Source: Phoronis australis (taxonomy: Eukaryota > Animalia > Phoronida). Taken from it: DNA of 64,000 nucleotides. The stretch is taken from NCBI GenBank assembly GCA_002633005.1, contig NMRA01000046.1, positions 1,203,126 through 1,267,125 of the forward strand. Reading direction: 5' to 3'. The notes under the pieces are model-generated. The model saw nothing but the letters and a program-made list of their open reading frames with translations. It searched no databases and was not told the DNA's origin. Positions 62,421-64,000 of the stretch are shown here, in pieces. Each line of letters begins with the position of its first letter. The stretch's first letter is position 1. A program made the position numbers and the translations under genes.

Positions 62421-62595
62421 TGGTTGGTACACAATGGCTCATGCAGACATGAAGTTCTCAACAGCCGACAATGACAACGATAACTGGATCAACAACTGCG
62501 CTGCTACCTACCACTCAGGCTTTTGGTATAACGGATGCTATTCAGCCAATCTGAACGGACGTTACGTGCAAGGCGGGTATTACGACAGCGAAGAT
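62421..62595 (+). CDS. EGF-FReD exon 7, fibrinogen P-subdomain (MKFSTADNDND...NCA...GFWYNGCYSANLNGRY); final exon not found in window
   Basis: Canonical FST.DxDND, NCA, WY..C..ANLNG motifs; ttcatag acceptor, GAT|gtgagt donor. Confidence 0.9.
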
Positions 62596-64000
62596 GTGAG
62601 TATGCTTTGCATTTTTATGGACACGTGATGTATGTTGCTGGATACAATTTTTTGTGGGCTCACATTGCTGTTCATCGAAGCGTCGTTGAAGCTCAAAAAG
62701 CACTTGCAACGTTTTCATGGAATGCCTTCTGTTGGCGAATCTACCGTCCACGGGTGTTTCATGGATTTAAAACCGCTCAGGAAACGGAAAAATTTATAAA
62801 AAAACGCCGCTAGCACAGTGAAACGGCACTTCTTATACACTAAACATCCCTTAGCCAAAACTGTAGAGAATCCCCGGATTCCTATTGTCATCACGACGGT
62901 TGTCCTTGCACCGTGTTCAATAGCAAGGCGAATCTGTTGTTACACTATGTAAGTCTTGACTATTAAAAACTAAGGGTACATTTTGTTCTATACTGTCCAG
63001 GAAATTGAACACAATCGATACACAAAACTCTCAAGCATCAGTTTAAGCAAATAATTGGAAATTCTTGATAATTGGCTTATTATCTTATGAGGTATCATGC
63101 AATGAAAAGCACTGTTTTAACAAAAAAGGTACATAATCAAAAAGAGTACTGTTATAGAATAACTGAATTACGAAGTGCAGCCTCAAGGCTTCGCTGCAGA
63201 TAACTTGTCAGTGGATCACATTACTTTAACATGGTTTTGAATTAACATGGTTTTGAAATGTTTGTTAAATTTTTGTATCTGAGTGATTCACTTAAAATGT
63301 TCTATAACTGCTCGTTAAAGTTGATTTCCCTTTACATTCACCAATATATAACACAGGATGAGTTTCGCCATGTTTACGTTTGCCTTATTTTACTATCAAT
63401 TTAAAAAAGTTAAAGTGGGCGGGTTTCCACTGAAGCCTCTTTACAGATGTCTGCAGTTGAGTTAGTACCTACAATTCATTAGTAATCTATCGTCTGTCAA
63501 TAGTTACGGCTGCCGTTTTAGGTGGTGGTGCGATTAAATTAAAAAAAAAGCCGGTTGTGTTGAATAAGCATTATTTAGGCTTACATTTCAACTTAATTAG
63601 CGTGTGTTGACATCAGTTTTATGAAGTTATTAGGTAGAATGAACTGTAGAAATTTTCGTCACAGGGGCATTCCCTTTTTGCTCGCAACCTACATGTAAAT
63701 GCAGACAATGAAAGAAGGTAATCAGACACATACAAAGCCACTAGACTTTTAGCGCTTTGACGATTTCCATCCTCAGACATGTCATTGGTGTTGGCATGAA
63801 TTAAACACTAGTCAAAAGTGTACCGGTACCACAGCGAACCTGTCCAAACGTTGACCACTCCAATTCAAAGTCTGGTGACCCTTTAGTTCCATTTAACGGT
63901 AGCAAACTTTGTGTCATGATGGAAAAGAAAGTCTTTTAAGCAAATTTGTGAGATCTATCTAGTTTCCTGCTTTAAAGTGTTTTTTGTAAAAACGAATGAA

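Overview
AT-rich, intron-rich DNA from an invertebrate animal (a lophotrochozoan origin is a guess from style, not proven). Three spliced genes can be rebuilt by hand. (1) The 5' part of the mRNA capping enzyme RNGTT (minus strand, 4 coding exons, 9229 to 1323) runs off the left edge. (2) A complete 7-exon, 329-aa divergent PACSIN-like F-BAR-only gene (minus, 24612 to 18848) is not visible as a single ORF in the track. It probably uses a GC-AG intron and sits in a decayed tandem duplication array with a frameshifted pseudogene copy. (3) A secreted signal peptide / coiled-coil / CxxC / 13xEGF / fibrinogen-domain gene (plus, 36397 to beyond 62595) lacks its last exon in this window. Much of the rest is transposon debris: TTAA-targeting Kolobok-type elements with THAP and KolX/P2X7-C-terminus-like remnants, a Sola3-type element with a paralogous empty site, foldback MITEs, 5-bp-TSD elements, LINE and Gypsy fragments, and minisatellites. 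In three places two different elements abut on one shared target site. All family assignments come from manual motif recognition, not database searches.
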